Positions 37,305-47,082 of a stretch of 64,000 nt of DNA are shown piece after piece. Both the position numbers and the translations under genes were made by a program. Each line of letters starts with the position of its first letter. Position 1 is the stretch's first letter. The stretch covers positions 3,082-67,081 of the forward strand of contig DIZX01000002.1 in the NCBI GenBank assembly GCA_002429485.1. The letters run 5' to 3'. The notes below the pieces were generated by a model. That model saw only the letters and a list, made by a program, of their open reading frames with translations. It did no database searches and was not told the origin of the DNA. This stretch comes from Patescibacteria group bacterium UBA6017. GTDB taxonomy: Bacteria > Patescibacteriota > Saccharimonadia > UBA4664.

Positions 37305-39668
37305 CTACTGGACTTTTTCGATGGGAGCAAAGCTAAGGGATAACCGCTTGGGGCCGAGGCCCTCAAAGGTAGCCGTGACTTCGTCGCCGGACACCACGGC
37401 CACGATGCCCTCGCCAAACTTGGCGTGCCGAATGCGGTCGCCAGGAGCCAGGTCGAGGCCGAGCATGGCTTCGCGGTGAGCGGCGGCGGTCGCCTCGCTG
37501 GTAGGCAGCGCTTCGGCGGCGTACATCGGCTGGGCGCTCCAGCTGCCGGCACCGGCGCCATGTCCGGCGGAGGCGGTGAGGCCAGCGGATTGATTCGACC
37601 ACTCGCTGCCGCCGGCTTGGAGCTCGGCGGGAATCTCGAGCAAGAAGCGCGAGGGCGGATTGTGGTTGGTGGCCCCGTAGAGCAGGCGGGAGTTGGCGTA
37701 GATCAAGAATAATTGCTCGCGGGCGCGGGTCATACCAACGTAGCAGAGGCGGCGTTCTTCCTCCATTTGCTCGGCGTCAAATAGGGACCGGGAATGCGGG
37801 AATATCCCCTCTTCGGCGCCGGGGATGAACACCACTGGGAATTCGAGGCCCTTGGCGGCGTGAAGGGTCATTAATGTGACCGCATTGGATTCTTGGGAAT
37901 AATTGTCGATATCGGCAATGAGGGCAATTTCCTCGAGAAAACCTTCGAGACTGAGCTCATTATAGGTTTCGGCCACGCTGAGTAGCTCTTTGACATTTTC
38001 GATACGATCGGCGGACTGAATAGATCCGTCATCAAGATGCGCGAGGTAGCCCGAGCGTTTAATTGCTAGGTCGAGCAATGGGCCGACGGGGAGCTTGGGC
38101 ATTTCGGCGCGCAGGCCGTCGATGAGTAGCGCAAACGATTGGAGTGCGCTGACGGCGCGCGTTTGGAGGCCGGGGACACGGTCGGCTTGGCGGCAGGCTT
38201 CGAGGAGGGACATAGGGCGACCGTGTGGCGCCTGAGACGCAACGGACGAGAATGTCTCATCGCCTGCCAATGTAGGTTCTGATACCGCATCCACAGAAGA
38301 GACGGATGGCGTTCGCTGGCCAGATGAGACGTTATCGGAAGATGTGAAACTCATAGGCTGCAATCTCCTCCAGGATTCGAGCCTTTGCAGGCTGACGTCA
38401 CCCAGGCCCCGCGGCGGCAAGTTGATAATGCGGCCAAATCCGACCATGTCGTCCGGCTGATAAATGAAGCGCAGATACGCCAAAGCATCTTTAATCTCTT
38501 TGCGCTCGTAAAACCGAGTACCCCCGACGATTTTGTACGGCAGACCCGCGCGCAAAAAACCCTCTTCGAGGGAGCGCGATTGGGCGTTGGTGCGATATAA
38601 CACAGCGAAGTCCTGCAGCTCGCGCTTGTCCTCAATACGTAGCTGACGAATGCGCGCCACAATGGTCTCGGCCTCTTGAACTTCATTGTAGACGTTGATA
38701 ATCCCGATACCCGCACCGTCGCCACGGTCAGTCCAGAGTTTTTTATCGCTACGGACGCGGTTTTTGGCGATTACGGCGTGGGCGGCATCAAGAATATTTT
38801 TGGTCGAGCGATAGTTTTGCTCGAGTTTGATGATAGTGGCGGTCGGATAATCTTTCTCAAAATCGAGAATATTCTGGAAGTTGGCTCCCCGCCAGGAGTA
38901 GATACTCTGCCAGTCATCCCCTACTACACAGATATTTTTGTGGGCTGAGGCCAGCATTTTGGTGATCTGATACTGAGCGTGGTTGGTGTCCTGGTACTCG
39001 TCGACCATGATGTGACTAAATTGCCGCTGATATTTTATGAGTATTTCCGGGTAGGTTTTAAACATTTCTACCGTGCGAAAAATCAGGTCATCAAAATCGA
39101 GAGCGCCGGCCTCCTGCAGCAGAGACTGATAGACGGCATAGACCTTGGCAGCCGCGGTTTGAGCCTTGCCGTTGGCAAGTTTGGTGTAGGCCTCGGGTCC
39201 GATGAGTTCGTTTTTGGCACTCGAAATGAGGTTGTGGATTAAATTTGGCGTGAGTTGCTTGTCGTCGATCCCGAGCGTGCGCATAGCCCGCTTGATAGCG
39301 CTCTGGGAATCGCCGGTATCAAAGATGAGGAAGTTTGAGGCCAGGCCGATTTCGGTGCTTTCGCGGCGCAACAAACGCAGGCACACCGAGTGAAAGGTGC
39401 CGATATACGGCAGGTAGCCGCGGTTGTGCGGGTTTTGGCCGAGCAGTCCGAGCACGCGACCGCGCATTTCACCAGCCGCTTTGTTGGTGAAAGTCACCGC
39501 CAAGATGCTGGAAGGGTCGATATGCTTTTCGGCCACCAGGTAGGCAACACGGTGCGTGAGCGCTTTGGTTTTGCCGGAGCCGGCACCAGCCAGGATTAAG
39601 ACCGGGCCATCGGTGGTAGCGGCCGCGACACGCTGTTGGTCATTGAGTTCAGATAGAAGTGGATGCAC
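37305..39668 (-). CDS. pcrA: ATP-dependent DNA helicase PcrA/UvrD with a 47-aa insertion
   Basis: AGAGSGKT, VDEYQDTN, VGDDWQSIYSWRGA, TLHAAKGLEF, EERRLCYVGMTRA, C-terminal Tudor-like domain. Confidence 0.96.
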   Translation of the reverse strand: MHPLLSELNDQQRVAAATTDGPVLILAGAGSGKTKALTHRVAYLVAEKHIDPSSILAVTFTNKAAGEMRGRVLGLLGQNPHNRGYLPYIGTFHSVCLRLLRRESTEIGLASNFLIFDTGDSQSAIKRAMRTLGIDDKQLTPNLIHNLISSAKNELIGPEAYTKLANGKAQTAAAKVYAVYQSLLQEAGALDFDDLIFRTVEMFKTYPEILIKYQRQFSHIMVDEYQDTNHAQYQITKMLASAHKNICVVGDDWQSIYSWRGANFQNILDFEKDYPTATIIKLEQNYRSTKNILDAAHAVIAKNRVRSDKKLWTDRGDGAGIGIINVYNEVQEAETIVARIRQLRIEDKRELQDFAVLYRTNAQSRSLEEGFLRAGLPYKIVGGTRFYERKEIKDALAYLRFIYQPDDMVGFGRIINLPPRGLGDVSLQRLESWRRLQPMSFTSSDNVSSGQRTPSVSSVDAVSEPTLAGDETFSSVASQAPHGRPMSLLEACRQADRVPGLQTRAVSALQSFALLIDGLRAEMPKLPVGPLLDLAIKRSGYLAHLDDGSIQSADRIENVKELLSVAETYNELSLEGFLEEIALIADIDNYSQESNAVTLMTLHAAKGLEFPVVFIPGAEEGIFPHSRSLFDAEQMEEERRLCYVGMTRAREQLFLIYANSRLLYGATNHNPPSRFLLEIPAELQAGGSEWSNQSAGLTASAGHGAGAGSWSAQPMYAAEALPTSEATAAAHREAMLGLDLAPGDRIRHAKFGEGIVAVVSGDEVTATFEGLGPKRLSLSFAPIEKVQ
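38211..38357. repeat. 141-bp in-frame palindromic insertion flanked by CATAGG direct repeats
   Basis: CATAGG at 38211-38216 and 38352-38357; internal IR CGAGAATGTCTCATC / GATGAGACGTTATCG. Confidence 0.65.
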
Positions 39669-39701
39669 ATTACCGATGATAGCTCAGTTGGGCGCGTCGA
39701 G

Positions 39702-41372
39702 CTATTTAACTTCGACGCAGTAGGGGGTGGTGCTGCCCTCGAGCAGAATTTGGAGAGCTAGATATTTGGTGCCGGTGGTGCCAGGGGTTTTGGCGGGGCC
39801 GGAACAAACGCCGCCGGGCCAGTAACGAATTTGCCCTATCGCGGTGGGGACGATTTTCGAGACAACGTAGGCTTTGCCGGTGGAAGGCTCAACGGCGCTG
39901 ACTGCCACGGCCGGAGGTACGGTATCGAAGAAACCGTTGACCGCAGTTGCCAGATAGGCGGCTTTGTAGGCTGCGACGGCTTCGATGCGCTGAGCATTTT
40001 GATTGACGGGGACAGCCGGAGCGGGGGTTGGGGTGACTTCGGCACCTAGGACGGGCGCAGGAGTGGGGGTTGGGCTAGGCGACGGCGCAGGGGTGGCCTT
40101 GAGACCGGTAAGCCAAGACATTGCAGCCGGCTTAGCAACCGAAGCGTAAGCTACGGCGCCGCCAAGAACTAACAATACGACGCTCGCTGCGGCTATTTTG
40201 GCTATGGTGCCTGAACTCAAGGGACGAGGATGGGTAGTTGGCTGGAGGGGCGGTTTAGCGGAGTCGGCTATTGGAGCAGCGTTTTGCGCATCTGCCACCG
40301 AAGCAGTTGCGGTTTGGGGTTCTAGGGTCGGGGTAACCTCGGAAGTCTCGGGTGCGGGGGTAGCTTCAGGTGTAGGTTCGGGCGTCGAAGCCGGCTCGGG
40401 TACCAGGGCTGGCTCTGTGTCGGGTGTGGTCTCGGGGCCGGGCGTGGTCTCCGGGGCAGTTGGTGCGGAAGCCGGAACTTCGGGCGGGGATACGTCGATG
40501 ACGAGCGCCGGAGTGGGGCCTTCCGTCACCTCAGGAATAGTTAGAGTACTCTCCTCGGATGGTACTTCAACTGCCGTCTCGGGTGACGAGGTTTCATCAG
40601 CGGTTGGCGTCGATTCGGTTGGCGGCACAATCGGACTCTCGTCGGCAGGGGCTGCCTCAGGTACTGGCTCTGTGTCTGCCGGAGCGATCTTTTCAATTTC
40701 TGCAATCGACTCTTCGAGGACTTTCTCGGGTGAAGCAGCCGGGGCAATTTCGATTATTGCTGGCTCCGGCTCTTTGACATCACCAACAACGCTGGCGACA
40801 TCGATCACTGGTACAGGCACGGAGGTTTCTTCTTTCGGCTCATCTTTTTTGGAAGCTTCTTTGGACTCTTTGTCGTGGACTTTGTGATGAGAGCGCAGGC
40901 GCTTATGAACGGTATGGGCTTCAATCCTTGGCTTCGGGGTCGGCTCCACAACGGGTTCGGGGTCGGGCTCAGTGCTCAATTCTGGGGTAGATTCAGGCTC
41001 GGATGGCTTCTCTGTCTCGGAAGCCTGCTCTGGGCCGGCTGTAGGCTGATCGGCAAGTGTATCGACGACCACCTCTGGAGTTACTTCCGCTGTAGGCGTC
41101 TCCGCAGGAACATCGACGGGCTGCGAAGGGACAGATTCAGGTGTGGTTTCGGGCTCTGATTCTGACTCAGGCTGGGGTTCAGCTTCGGGTTGCGGCGCGG
41201 AATCAACAGCTGGAGTGGGGGCAGGATCACCTAGGACCTCAGGAGGAGCCGGTATTGCAGCTGCTACTTTATTCTTGTCGTCGTCGGTCAGCATTTCGAT
41301 GTGACCACATTCGACGCACAGCCAGCCCGCTTTGGACTGGATCATATCGTTACTACAGTTTGAGCATTTCAT
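39702..41372 (-). CDS. Zn-ribbon + long Pro/Glu-rich disordered region + TM + small Cys-paired outer domain
   Basis: CSNC...CVECGH, about 350 aa P/E/T-rich, TM IAAASVVLLVLGGAVAYA, C-terminal C...C. Confidence 0.8.
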   Translation of the reverse strand: MKCSNCSNDMIQSKAGWLCVECGHIEMLTDDDKNKVAAAIPAPPEVLGDPAPTPAVDSAPQPEAEPQPESESEPETTPESVPSQPVDVPAETPTAEVTPEVVVDTLADQPTAGPEQASETEKPSEPESTPELSTEPDPEPVVEPTPKPRIEAHTVHKRLRSHHKVHDKESKEASKKDEPKEETSVPVPVIDVASVVGDVKEPEPAIIEIAPAASPEKVLEESIAEIEKIAPADTEPVPEAAPADESPIVPPTESTPTADETSSPETAVEVPSEESTLTIPEVTEGPTPALVIDVSPPEVPASAPTAPETTPGPETTPDTEPALVPEPASTPEPTPEATPAPETSEVTPTLEPQTATASVADAQNAAPIADSAKPPLQPTTHPRPLSSGTIAKIAAASVVLLVLGGAVAYASVAKPAAMSWLTGLKATPAPSPSPTPTPAPVLGAEVTPTPAPAVPVNQNAQRIEAVAAYKAAYLATAVNGFFDTVPPAVAVSAVEPSTGKAYVVSKIVPTAIGQIRYWPGGVCSGPAKTPGTTGTKYLALQILLEGSTTPYCVEVK

Positions 41373-41423
41373 GATATTAAGCATACCATACCTCTTATGG
41401 TAGGTACGAATATGCTGACATTA

Positions 41424-41858
41424 TTAGAAGCCGGAGTTGATCTCCAAATGGTCTAGGCCATGCTCTTCGAGCTCGGCACGGTAGCGATCTTCGATGGGGC
41501 GCAGTTGCAGGAGATCATCGTCGCGATTCACTTGATCCGACTCAACTCCACGCTTGCGGGCTAGGTCCCGCAGGGCCAGGCGTTCGGTAAGCTCATCCCA
41601 AAAGGTGTGGTCGTCGTAGTCCAAGATATATTCGTCGTAGAGGCGCTCAGTCCACTCGGACTTCATAAAATACTCACCTGTTTCAGCGTCGAGATCTATG
41701 TAAGGCAACTTATGGGCTGCGAGGAGCTTCTGAACAATGGCGCCGGCCGGCTCGTCCTGGAATTCGGGATCATGCTGGGCATTGATCATCCACTCACCCA
41801 AGTAGGCAAGCTCGATCAGTTTTCGGAATTCTTCGGTTGTAAATTCAGGGTTTATCAC
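41424..41858 (-). CDS. Hypothetical acidic protein
   Basis: GTG 6 nt behind TAAAAT; globular-looking 144 aa. Confidence 0.75.
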   Translation of the reverse strand: MINPEFTTEEFRKLIELAYLGEWMINAQHDPEFQDEPAGAIVQKLLAAHKLPYIDLDAETGEYFMKSEWTERLYDEYILDYDDHTFWDELTERLALRDLARKRGVESDQVNRDDDLLQLRPIEDRYRAELEEHGLDHLEINSGF

Positions 41859-41896
41859 TGGGCTATTTTAGCCGAAGTTGAGGGATATGGCGAACA

Positions 41897-43045
41897 CTAG
41901 AGTGCCGAGAGGCCGATCGGAGCTCCTGTTCCGGTAGGACCATCATACCCCCGAAGTGCCTGGCAAAGGTAATTAGAGCAGCCACCATTCGCCCCGGATG
42001 TTATATCAAATATACTGGCAGTACCAAGAGAACCGTACAATTTACTCATAAGTTCTGCTTGCGAACTACCCCCGGATAGCCCGATCAGACCGGCAATTAT
42101 AGGTGCGGCCAAACTGGTGCCGCCAACACTAAACCAGCCCGAACCACCACTAGAGAGGCTTGAGTACACCGCGGCACCGGTGGCCGGATCTGCAACGGCG
42201 GAAATGTCGGCAACCGTACGGTGGGAGCAGGCCGGGTCGTGCTGCCAAGCGGGCTTGGCCTCAAACTTGCTACAGCCACTCCCCGACCCCGACCACGCGG
42301 TCTCGCTAAGGCGAGCGCCAGCCGAGTTAAGGTTTAGTCGAGTTCCGCCGACCGCCACTACCCGAGGCGAAACAGCCGGCCACGAAGTACCGTAGCCTGA
42401 GTCGCCGGAAGAAGCGACAAAATCTACATTAGTCGATGCAAAGTGACTATCGGCGGAGATTTCAGAGGGAGTTTCACTTCCGCCCCAGGACATCGAGACT
42501 ATCTGAGCACCCGATTGGACGGCCCGATCAACCGCCGCAATAAGATTTACCATGGAAGCACTTTTTGCCTGAACTAGCTGGATCCTACATCCAGGACACA
42601 TCCCGTGCACGGTTTCGACATCGAGCGCAGTCTCCAAGGCCCAGCCTTGGTTTGCTCGCGGCAAATTCTGACCGCCGGATTGGTCGGTGACCTCAAAACA
42701 ACCGGCTTGCGCTGCCCGGATACAAGTCGGGAGTATAGGTAAGCCGAAGTTTCGACTATATGTATCAAGATCGGCCTTGATGCCAGGGTCACCGTAGGCA
42801 TCCACTACAGCAATGTGTGCGTTTCCGATTCCAGATGCGCGATAAGCTGACCGGAGTTGACTGGGGCTATACCCCACGGGCGATATTGCCGGACGCGCCG
42901 ACAATACCTTTGCATAACATGTGGCTCGAATAGAGCTCGGGCTACCGCACTGGGCTATCCCGCTAGCCGCGCTAGTGGCTTCGGCCAGGTTGTTTGGAAT
43001 AAGACTCAGGAGGACACTGAGGGCCAGAAATAGTCGAACAATCAT
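41897..43045 (-). CDS. Secreted S53 (sedolisin-like) serine peptidase
   Basis: Signal peptide; ETALDVE, SMSWG, SSGDSG, GGTSLAAP, YDGPTGTGAP. Confidence 0.88.
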   Translation of the reverse strand: MIVRLFLALSVLLSLIPNNLAEATSAASGIAQCGSPSSIRATCYAKVLSARPAISPVGYSPSQLRSAYRASGIGNAHIAVVDAYGDPGIKADLDTYSRNFGLPILPTCIRAAQAGCFEVTDQSGGQNLPRANQGWALETALDVETVHGMCPGCRIQLVQAKSASMVNLIAAVDRAVQSGAQIVSMSWGGSETPSEISADSHFASTNVDFVASSGDSGYGTSWPAVSPRVVAVGGTRLNLNSAGARLSETAWSGSGSGCSKFEAKPAWQHDPACSHRTVADISAVADPATGAAVYSSLSSGGSGWFSVGGTSLAAPIIAGLIGLSGGSSQAELMSKLYGSLGTASIFDITSGANGGCSNYLCQALRGYDGPTGTGAPIGLSAL

Positions 43046-43138
43046 TGGAAATCTCCGTTAGACTTCTGATGTTCGATCTTTGTTCGGTAAAAGTCAACTA
43101 TGTTGAGTAAATGAGCCCAATGAGCAACGGCTGATAGT

Positions 43139-43909
43139 CTACTTCTCGAGCCTCTGAGCCGTGAGGACGATCTTGGAAAATGACTCGTAGTTGAGGCTGG
43201 CATTGCCCACCAGCAAGCCGTCAACGTACTCAGTTTCAAGATAGGCCTGGCAGTGATCGGGGTCGGTACTGCCACCGTAGAGAAGTCGGACGTTGGCGAT
43301 ACCGCCCTCGCCATAAAGTTCCTCCAAGGTAGAACGGATGGCGCGATAGGCGAAGCGGATGTTTTCGGGGGTGGCATGGACGACATGGCCGTCGCCGTGG
43401 TTTATCGACCAAACGGGCTCGTAGGCGATCACAATTCCCCCAACTTCTTCGGCAGTGAGGTTCGCGAGGGCGGCAGTGAGTTGGTCGACAACAACCTTGG
43501 AGGCCAAGTTGTGCTCGTGATCGTGAAGGGATTCGCCGATACAAAGAATGGGGATGAGGCCGTTACGGACTACCGCAGCGAGTTTTTTGGCTACCTGCGC
43601 GTCAGTTTCGCCCATGGCGCGGCGTTCCGAATGGCCAACAATGACATAATCGGCCAAGCCGCGCAGCATCTGGGGGCTGGTTTCACCAGTATAAGGACCT
43701 TCGTCGAGGTAATGGACGTTTTGCGCACCGAGCTTGAATTTTTTACGATCGATCTCTCTTGCTAAGGGGTACAGATCAAGCGTAGGCGGGCAGATCACTA
43801 CCTCGACGCCGGCGTCAGGTTTGATCTTTTCGTCGAGGCGCTTCACTAGCAAGCTAGCGGCTCCCGGGGCGAGGTTCATTTTCCAGTTAGCTACGATAAG
43901 TTTGTTCAT
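43139..43909 (-). CDS. tpiA: Triosephosphate isomerase
   Basis: ANWKMN, VGHSERR, AYEPVW, LYGGS. Confidence 0.97.
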   Translation of the reverse strand: MNKLIVANWKMNLAPGAASLLVKRLDEKIKPDAGVEVVICPPTLDLYPLAREIDRKKFKLGAQNVHYLDEGPYTGETSPQMLRGLADYVIVGHSERRAMGETDAQVAKKLAAVVRNGLIPILCIGESLHDHEHNLASKVVVDQLTAALANLTAEEVGGIVIAYEPVWSINHGDGHVVHATPENIRFAYRAIRSTLEELYGEGGIANVRLLYGGSTDPDHCQAYLETEYVDGLLVGNASLNYESFSKIVLTAQRLEK

Positions 43910-43970
43910 AAGTATGAGTTAATGATAACGCTTACGTCTATGACTGTCACGGCTACGTTTATGAGAGTAA

Positions 43971-45167
43971 TTATTTGTCGAGCAGGGCGTCGACGCACTC
44001 GAGGCCTTTACCGCTCATGAGCTCGAGGCTGGCACCGCCGCCAGTAGATACCCAGGTGAATTTGTCATGGAGATGCTCTTCGTCGATGAAACCGGCGGTG
44101 TCTCCCCCGCCGATAATCGAGATAGCCTTTGATTCGATGATGGCATCGGCCATGGCACGGGAACCGGCCCGAAATTCGGGCACTTCGGTGATGCCGAGTG
44201 GGCCATTCCAGATGACGGTCGATTCACCGTCAATGTCGAGAAAATCGTAGATTTCGGATTTGAGCTGCCCGCCGTAGCTTGGGGCGGCGTCCACGATATA
44301 GTCGTCCGCGCCCACAGCAGAGAGTTTTACGGTGCGCAAATTCTCGGGCTCTTCAAGACTCGCGGATACTACGACTTCATCGGGTAGTAACAGATGAGTA
44401 TTGGCATCGGCCGCGATTTTGATGAGTTTCTTCACCTCATCCGCCATCTCATGCTCGGCTACGCTCTTGCCGATTGAGGTGCCCTGAACGAACGCGAAGG
44501 TGTTGGCGATAGGTCCGGTGAGCAACATGGCATCGACTTTGGGGATGAGGTTGGCAAGGATTTCAAGCTTGGTTGATACCTTGGCGCCGCCAATAATCGC
44601 CAGGAGCGGTCGGCTGGGATGCTCAATCGAGCCGGTGATGTGGTCGATTTCCTTTTCGACCAGGAAGCCGGCCACCGCAGGCAAGAAGTTAGAAATGCCG
44701 GCAGTGGAGGCATGCGCGCGGTAGGAGGCGAAAGCATCGTAGACGAAAATTTCGGCGAGGTCAGCCAGCTGCTTGGCAAATTTGGGGTCATTGGCCTCTT
44801 CCTCGGCATGAAAGCGAACATTTTCGAGCAGGATCATCTCGCCAGGAGCAAGCGCCTTCACGGCCGCCTCAACTTCCGGACCGATACAATCGTGCACGAA
44901 CTTAACCTCGCGACCGAAAATCTCGCTGGCCTTAATGGCAGCAGGCTCGAGCGAAAAGGCAGGATCAACCTTGCCATCGGGACGGCCGAGATGGCTCGCG
45001 ATAACTATTTTGCAGTCGCGTGACCATAAGTATTCGAGGGATTCGCGGGTGGCTTCAATGCGGAAGGCATCGGTGACCCGACCATCCTCTACAGGGACAT
45101 TCCAGTCGAGACGAGCAAAAATGGTTTTACCCTGGACGTCGATGTCGCGGATGGTTTTCTTAGTCAC
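43971..45167 (-). CDS. pgk: Phosphoglycerate kinase
   Basis: RLDWNVP, SHLGRP, LENVRF, GGAKVSTK, STGGGASLE. Confidence 0.97.
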   Translation of the reverse strand: MTKKTIRDIDVQGKTIFARLDWNVPVEDGRVTDAFRIEATRESLEYLWSRDCKIVIASHLGRPDGKVDPAFSLEPAAIKASEIFGREVKFVHDCIGPEVEAAVKALAPGEMILLENVRFHAEEEANDPKFAKQLADLAEIFVYDAFASYRAHASTAGISNFLPAVAGFLVEKEIDHITGSIEHPSRPLLAIIGGAKVSTKLEILANLIPKVDAMLLTGPIANTFAFVQGTSIGKSVAEHEMADEVKKLIKIAADANTHLLLPDEVVVSASLEEPENLRTVKLSAVGADDYIVDAAPSYGGQLKSEIYDFLDIDGESTVIWNGPLGITEVPEFRAGSRAMADAIIESKAISIIGGGDTAGFIDEEHLHDKFTWVSTGGGASLELMSGKGLECVDALLDK

Positions 45168-46578
45168 AGATATTAATCTCGACCTTGTTGGTACCGCCGG
45201 TAACGCCCGGCTGGTTGCCCGAAGCCACTACCGCTGTATCTCCAGAGATAATGTTACCGGCAGATTTGAGCTGCTGCATAACGTGATCGGTGGCACCTTC
45301 CATGGTTTTCACCAGATAGGATTTTCCGCCCCAAATAATCGCCATTTGGAAGTACACGCGCTCGTAGTGGGTGACCATAATAATCGGAACCGATGGCCGG
45401 AGCGCAGAAATGTTTCGAGCGGTCCTGCCGGAGCTGGTCTCGGCAATGATAACTTTGGCGGGCAGCTGATCGGCCAGGACAACCGCGGCGGCGGAGACGG
45501 CGTTAATACGCTCGTGGCTGCCATTGTACTTAATCGACTGACGGGCGATCACTTCGCGTTCTTCCCGCTCGGCGTAGAGAATAATGCGCTTCATCATTTT
45601 TACGGCTTCGACCGGGAATAGGCCCATGGCCGTCTCCCCGGACAGCATAACGGCGTCGGTACCTTCGATGACGGCGGTAGCCACATCGGAGACTTCAGCG
45701 CGCGACGGCTGAGTGGACTGGATCATGCTTTCGAGCATCTGAGTGGCCACGATTACCGGCTTGCGGTGAAGTTTGCCGAGCTCGATCATGCGGCGCTGAG
45801 CAGCGGGGACCGACTCGGGGTTGGTCTCAATTGCCAGGTCGCCGCGGGCAACCATGATGACATCGGTGGCAACTACGATCTCCTCGAGGTTCACGACGGC
45901 AGCCGCGGTCTCGATCTTGGCGATGATCTTGGCGTCGCACTTGAGTTTCTTGAGGCGATCGCGCAAGTTGAGAATATCTTGAGCGGTCTGCACGAACGAA
46001 TACCCGATGTAGTCAACGCCTTGGCTGGCAGCGTAGTTGATGTCGGAAATATCTTTGCTTGTCAGAATCTCGCCGCCGAGGTCGGTATCGGGCAGGTTCA
46101 TCCCCTGATTGGAATAGACGAGACCCGGTGCCAGTACCTTGCCCACAATCAGGTGTTTCTCGATTTTCTCAACCTCAATCTGCACTTGTCCGTCGCGCAA
46201 GAATACCCGTTCGCCCTTTTTGAGGTATTTCGAGACATCGTGTTGGACGGGAATAATACCGGTGGCCTCAAAATCAGCTCCAAATTCGAACCGCACTACG
46301 TTGCCGCGAACAAACGGGAGCCCATCGCCCGGCAGGGTGCCGACTCGAATTTTTGGACCCTGAATGTCGGCAAGTACGGCAACTGGTTTCTTGTGCTTAG
46401 CAGAGAGGCTGCGGGCGATCTTGATGGCCTCGCCGTGCTCCTCGTGAGTGCCATGCGCAAAATTTAAGCGAAACATATTCACCCCGGCGAGCATTAGCTC
46501 TTCGAGGATTTGGGGGGAACTGGACGCTGGACCGATGGTCGCAACGATTTTGGTGCGTTTGAAAGAAGCAGCTAACAT
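45160..46578 (-). CDS. pyk: Pyruvate kinase
   Basis: RTKIVATIGP, DIQGPKIR, AKIE, MVARGDL, ATQMLESM, MLSGETA. Confidence 0.97.
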   Translation of the reverse strand: MLAASFKRTKIVATIGPASSSPQILEELMLAGVNMFRLNFAHGTHEEHGEAIKIARSLSAKHKKPVAVLADIQGPKIRVGTLPGDGLPFVRGNVVRFEFGADFEATGIIPVQHDVSKYLKKGERVFLRDGQVQIEVEKIEKHLIVGKVLAPGLVYSNQGMNLPDTDLGGEILTSKDISDINYAASQGVDYIGYSFVQTAQDILNLRDRLKKLKCDAKIIAKIETAAAVVNLEEIVVATDVIMVARGDLAIETNPESVPAAQRRMIELGKLHRKPVIVATQMLESMIQSTQPSRAEVSDVATAVIEGTDAVMLSGETAMGLFPVEAVKMMKRIILYAEREEREVIARQSIKYNGSHERINAVSAAAVVLADQLPAKVIIAETSSGRTARNISALRPSVPIIMVTHYERVYFQMAIIWGGKSYLVKTMEGATDHVMQQLKSAGNIISGDTAVVASGNQPGVTGGTNKVEINICD

Positions 46579-46864
46579 TGAACTCCATTTTATCTTCAAA
46601 TTTATAATTTCACCACTATCATACCCCCTATACTAGCAACTTGACCATCGACTTCATTGGGTGAAGCCGATATCGCCCCCACGGGCTCCACAGCAAAATC
46701 TCAAAATTTAGCAGTAAGAGGATAATACGTACCGCCTATGTACTAAAGCACTGATAAATGGTAGTATTTACCAGTTAAAATACATTATGGTCCCATATGA
46801 TATATGAGACCATTCGCTTCGGAAAAGCCTAAATGCACGCATTCAGCTTTTCGCTCAACTTCAT

Positions 46865-46939
46865 GGTCCCATCGTCTAACGGTTAGGACGCCAGGTTTTC
46901 ATCCTGGTAACCGGGGTTCGATTCCCCGTGGGACTACCA
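46865..46939 (+). tRNA. tRNA-Glu(TTC)
   Basis: GGTCCCA...CCAGG-TTTTCAT-CCTGG...GGTTCGATTCC...TGGGACTACCA cloverleaf. Confidence 0.96.
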
Positions 46940-46976
46940 ATGAAAATGCCTCACTTCGGTGGGGCTTTTTCATTGG
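46937..46976 (+). terminator. Terminator after tRNA-Glu
   Basis: GCCTCAC-TTCG-GTGGGGC-TTTTT within an extended CCAATGAAAA/TTTTCATTGG stem. Confidence 0.8.
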
Positions 46977-47082
46977 CTACAAAAGAGAGAGGCCCCTGGC
47001 ACGAGGCCGAGGGGCCTCCCGCTAGGGGCATACTTTGTTACTCGTGGCTCTGCTCACTGGGTGCAAGCAATGCGGTGATGTG

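Noticed and set aside
46787-46872. ATGGTCCCAT repeated 76 nt upstream of the tRNA-Glu 5' end
   Set aside because: Only 10 bp match and the intervening DNA does not fold as a tRNA; not a pseudo-tRNA or att site on this evidence
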